From Phycisphaerales bacterium (lineage in GTDB: Bacteria; Planctomycetota; Phycisphaerae; Phycisphaerales; UBA1924), in the NCBI GenBank assembly GCA_020427745.1, contig JAGQOC010000076.1, forward strand, positions 1 to 55,844: a stretch of 55,844 bases of DNA, in the 5' to 3' direction. This document shows, in pieces, positions 54,148-55,844 of this stretch. Below the pieces are notes generated by a model that did no database searches, was not told where the DNA came from, and saw only the letters and a list, made by a program, of their open reading frames with translations. Position 1 is the first letter of the stretch, and each line of letters opens with the position of its first letter. The position numbers and the translations under genes were made by a program.

Positions 54148-55224
54148 ATGAGCACCAGCACCACACCACTCCGCTGCGGAGCCGTCGGCGTCGGCAGGAT
54201 GGGACAGCACCACGCCCGCGTCTACGCAGAAATGGAGGGCGTCGAACTCGTCGGCGTCGTGGACGCGAACTTCGAGCGTGCCCAGGAGATTGCAACAAAG
54301 TTCGGCACCACCGCCTACCGCACAGAGGAAGAGCTCCTCGCTGCGGGTGTCCAGGCAGTCTCGATCGCGGTGCCCACGACCTTCCACAAGAAGTCCGCGG
54401 CCCCCTTCCTCAACGCCGGCGTCGCGTGCCTGATCGAAAAGCCCCTCGCCCAGAACGCCGAGGAAGCCGAAGCCATCAAAAAAATGGCCGAGGAATCCGG
54501 CGCGTGTCTTATGGTCGGGCACATCGAACGCTTCAACCCCATCATGCGCGCGATGCAGCAGGCAACCGAGCACTCCGGCGACCCCATCACGCCCCGCTTC
54601 ATCGAGGTCCACCGCGTCAGCCCCATGACCTTCCGCTCGATCGATATCGGCGTCGTCATGGACATGATGATCCACGACCTCGATGTCGTCCTCATGCTCA
54701 TGGGTGGACGCGAGCCCGACGAGATCCAGGCCTCCGGCGTCGCCGTCGTCTCGGAGTTCGAGGACCTCTGCAACGCCCGACTCGTCTGGAACATCCCCGA
54801 GAACGAGGGAGGCGGGCAGTGCGTCGCCAACATCACCGCCGGGCGTCTGGCCATGAAGACCGAGCGTGTCACCCGGATCACCGGGCCCAACGGCTACATC
54901 AAGATCGACTACGCCGCGAAAAAGGGCACCATCATCCGACGCACCGCCAACGAGATCCAGATGCGAGAGGTCCGCGAGCAGCTCCGCACGGGCGAGGACC
55001 TCACCTCGCTCGACTGGACCGAGCTGGTCAACATCGAGCCATTGGAGATCGATTCCGGGGAACCCATCGTCAAGGAGATCGAGGCGTTCCTCGAAGCCGT
55101 CCGCACGGGCAACCAGCCCGCGATCGACGCAACGGCGGGGTTCGTCAATGTCCGCACCGCCGAGCGGATCGTCCAAGCGATCGAGCACTCCCTCGGCTCG
55201 CACGCGGCCGCCACCCTTTCCTGA
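54148..55224 (+). CDS. Gfo/Idh/MocA-family NAD(P)-dependent oxidoreductase
   Basis: N-terminal Rossmann LRCGAVGVGRMGQHHARVY, CLIEKPLA (EKP motif) and GHIERFNP. Confidence 0.85.
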   Translation: MSTSTTPLRCGAVGVGRMGQHHARVYAEMEGVELVGVVDANFERAQEIATKFGTTAYRTEEELLAAGVQAVSIAVPTTFHKKSAAPFLNAGVACLIEKPLAQNAEEAEAIKKMAEESGACLMVGHIERFNPIMRAMQQATEHSGDPITPRFIEVHRVSPMTFRSIDIGVVMDMMIHDLDVVLMLMGGREPDEIQASGVAVVSEFEDLCNARLVWNIPENEGGGQCVANITAGRLAMKTERVTRITGPNGYIKIDYAAKKGTIIRRTANEIQMREVREQLRTGEDLTSLDWTELVNIEPLEIDSGEPIVKEIEAFLEAVRTGNQPAIDATAGFVNVRTAERIVQAIEHSLGSHAAATLS

Positions 55225-55389
55225 CGCTGTTCGGGCCCCGATCGCATGATCTTCACCAGAATTCACCCCGGGAACTTGCGGAATGCCTTGGCAATGCGCC
55301 CGATATCCCTACACTGAACACCCGCCGGGCGTGTGTTGCGTCCGTGCATCGTTTTCCTCATTGTTGTGTTTCCCCTGGACCCTGAACCC

Positions 55390-55844
55390 ATGACCGATAC
55401 CCCCGCACCGAACTCTGCACCCGAACTCGACGCCACCACCCAGGCGGAGATCGAAGCCGCCATGAGCGAGCTCGCCGAAGCGGGCGCCGCCGACGCCGAT
55501 GCCGGATCGACCAAGAAGATCCGAGGCCCCCGCGTCGTCCGGGGCGGACGCGAGCACCGCACCGGGACCGTCGTCTCCGTCGGTGCCTCCGATGTCTTCG
55601 TCGAGTTCGGGCCCAAGGAACTCGGTGTCGTTGACTCCCAGCAGTTCAAGGGTTCGCTCCCCACCGTCGGCGAGCCCCTCGAGGTCGTCATCCAACGCTA
55701 CGAAGCGACCGAGAGCCTCTATGTCTGCTCGCTCCCCGGCGCGGTCCAGAAGGCCGACTGGGAAATGCTCGAGCAGGGACAGGTTGTCGAGGCCCGCGTC
55801 ACCGGCGTGAACAAGGGCGGGCTCGAGCTCGAGGTCGCCAACCA
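55390..55844 (+). CDS. rpsA: 30S ribosomal protein S1, N-terminal part (runs off the right edge of the window)
   Basis: Read by hand: MTDTPAPNS... then S1-domain patterns HRTGTVVSVGASDVFVEFGPKELGVV and ADWEMLEQGQVVEARVTGVNKGGLELEV. No stop before the window end. Confidence 0.65.
   Translation, partial: MTDTPAPNSAPELDATTQAEIEAAMSELAEAGAADADAGSTKKIRGPRVVRGGREHRTGTVVSVGASDVFVEFGPKELGVVDSQQFKGSLPTVGEPLEVVIQRYEATESLYVCSLPGAVQKADWEMLEQGQVVEARVTGVNKGGLELEVAN

Noticed and set aside
1-55844. CRISPR arrays, rRNA genes, retron/DGR reverse transcriptases, integrases or transposases.
   Set aside because: I did not see any regularly spaced direct repeats, rRNA-like sequence, RT motifs (YxDD), or recombinase/transposase motifs in any ORF of the window.

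Overview
High-GC bacterial DNA. The gene content (prepilin-like DUF1559-type paralogs, an ECF sigma factor coupled to a Ser/Thr kinase with TPRs, and proteins ending in a GC-type dockerin motif ...FNAGCP) suggests Planctomycetota; this is inference only. All calls come from reading the ORF translations and the DNA by eye, with no database search or computation. GC statements are visual impressions, not measurements.

The window splits in two.

(1) nt 1 to ~33,445 is the right-hand part of an integrated conjugative or mobilizable, plasmid-like element.
- Backbone: T4SS coupling protein, MobC plus a MobA/VirD2-type relaxase, an ArdC/DUF6876 block of small genes, a Rep-like gene with a long non-coding candidate origin, and ParA plus an RHH partner.
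- Lower-GC cargo: a lipoprotein plus a lipoprotein S1 protease; an ECF-like sigma factor with two small HTH-like paralogs and a Val-rich repeat protein; a GC-dockerin protein; VapBC; a 2044-aa secreted RHS/YD toxin with a swapped low-GC toxin tip and immunity cassette; and a 1017-aa SIR2-NTPase-like-TPR-CSD-like protein.
- The element ends inside a truncated comM/yifB gene.

(2) nt ~33,446 to 55,844 looks like core chromosome: ECF sigma plus STK, a large secreted HExxH protein, a SET-domain protein, a nitrilase-GNAT fusion, two pseudopilin-like paralogs flanking a 2OG-oxygenase/methyltransferase pair, ftsK with a long poly-acidic tail, a secreted protein, folP, trxA, a Gfo/Idh/MocA oxidoreductase and the start of rpsA.

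I saw no CRISPR array, no rRNA and no complete tRNA.

The most interesting items are:
- the SIR2-fusion defence candidate at the edge of the element;
- the comM insertion junction;
- the RHS toxin tip and its internal dockerin-like insert;
- a tRNA 3'-half-like sequence in the Rep/ParA intergenic region;
- the sigma-like / Val-rich repeat module;
- two sub-60-aa ORFs missing from the ORF track.
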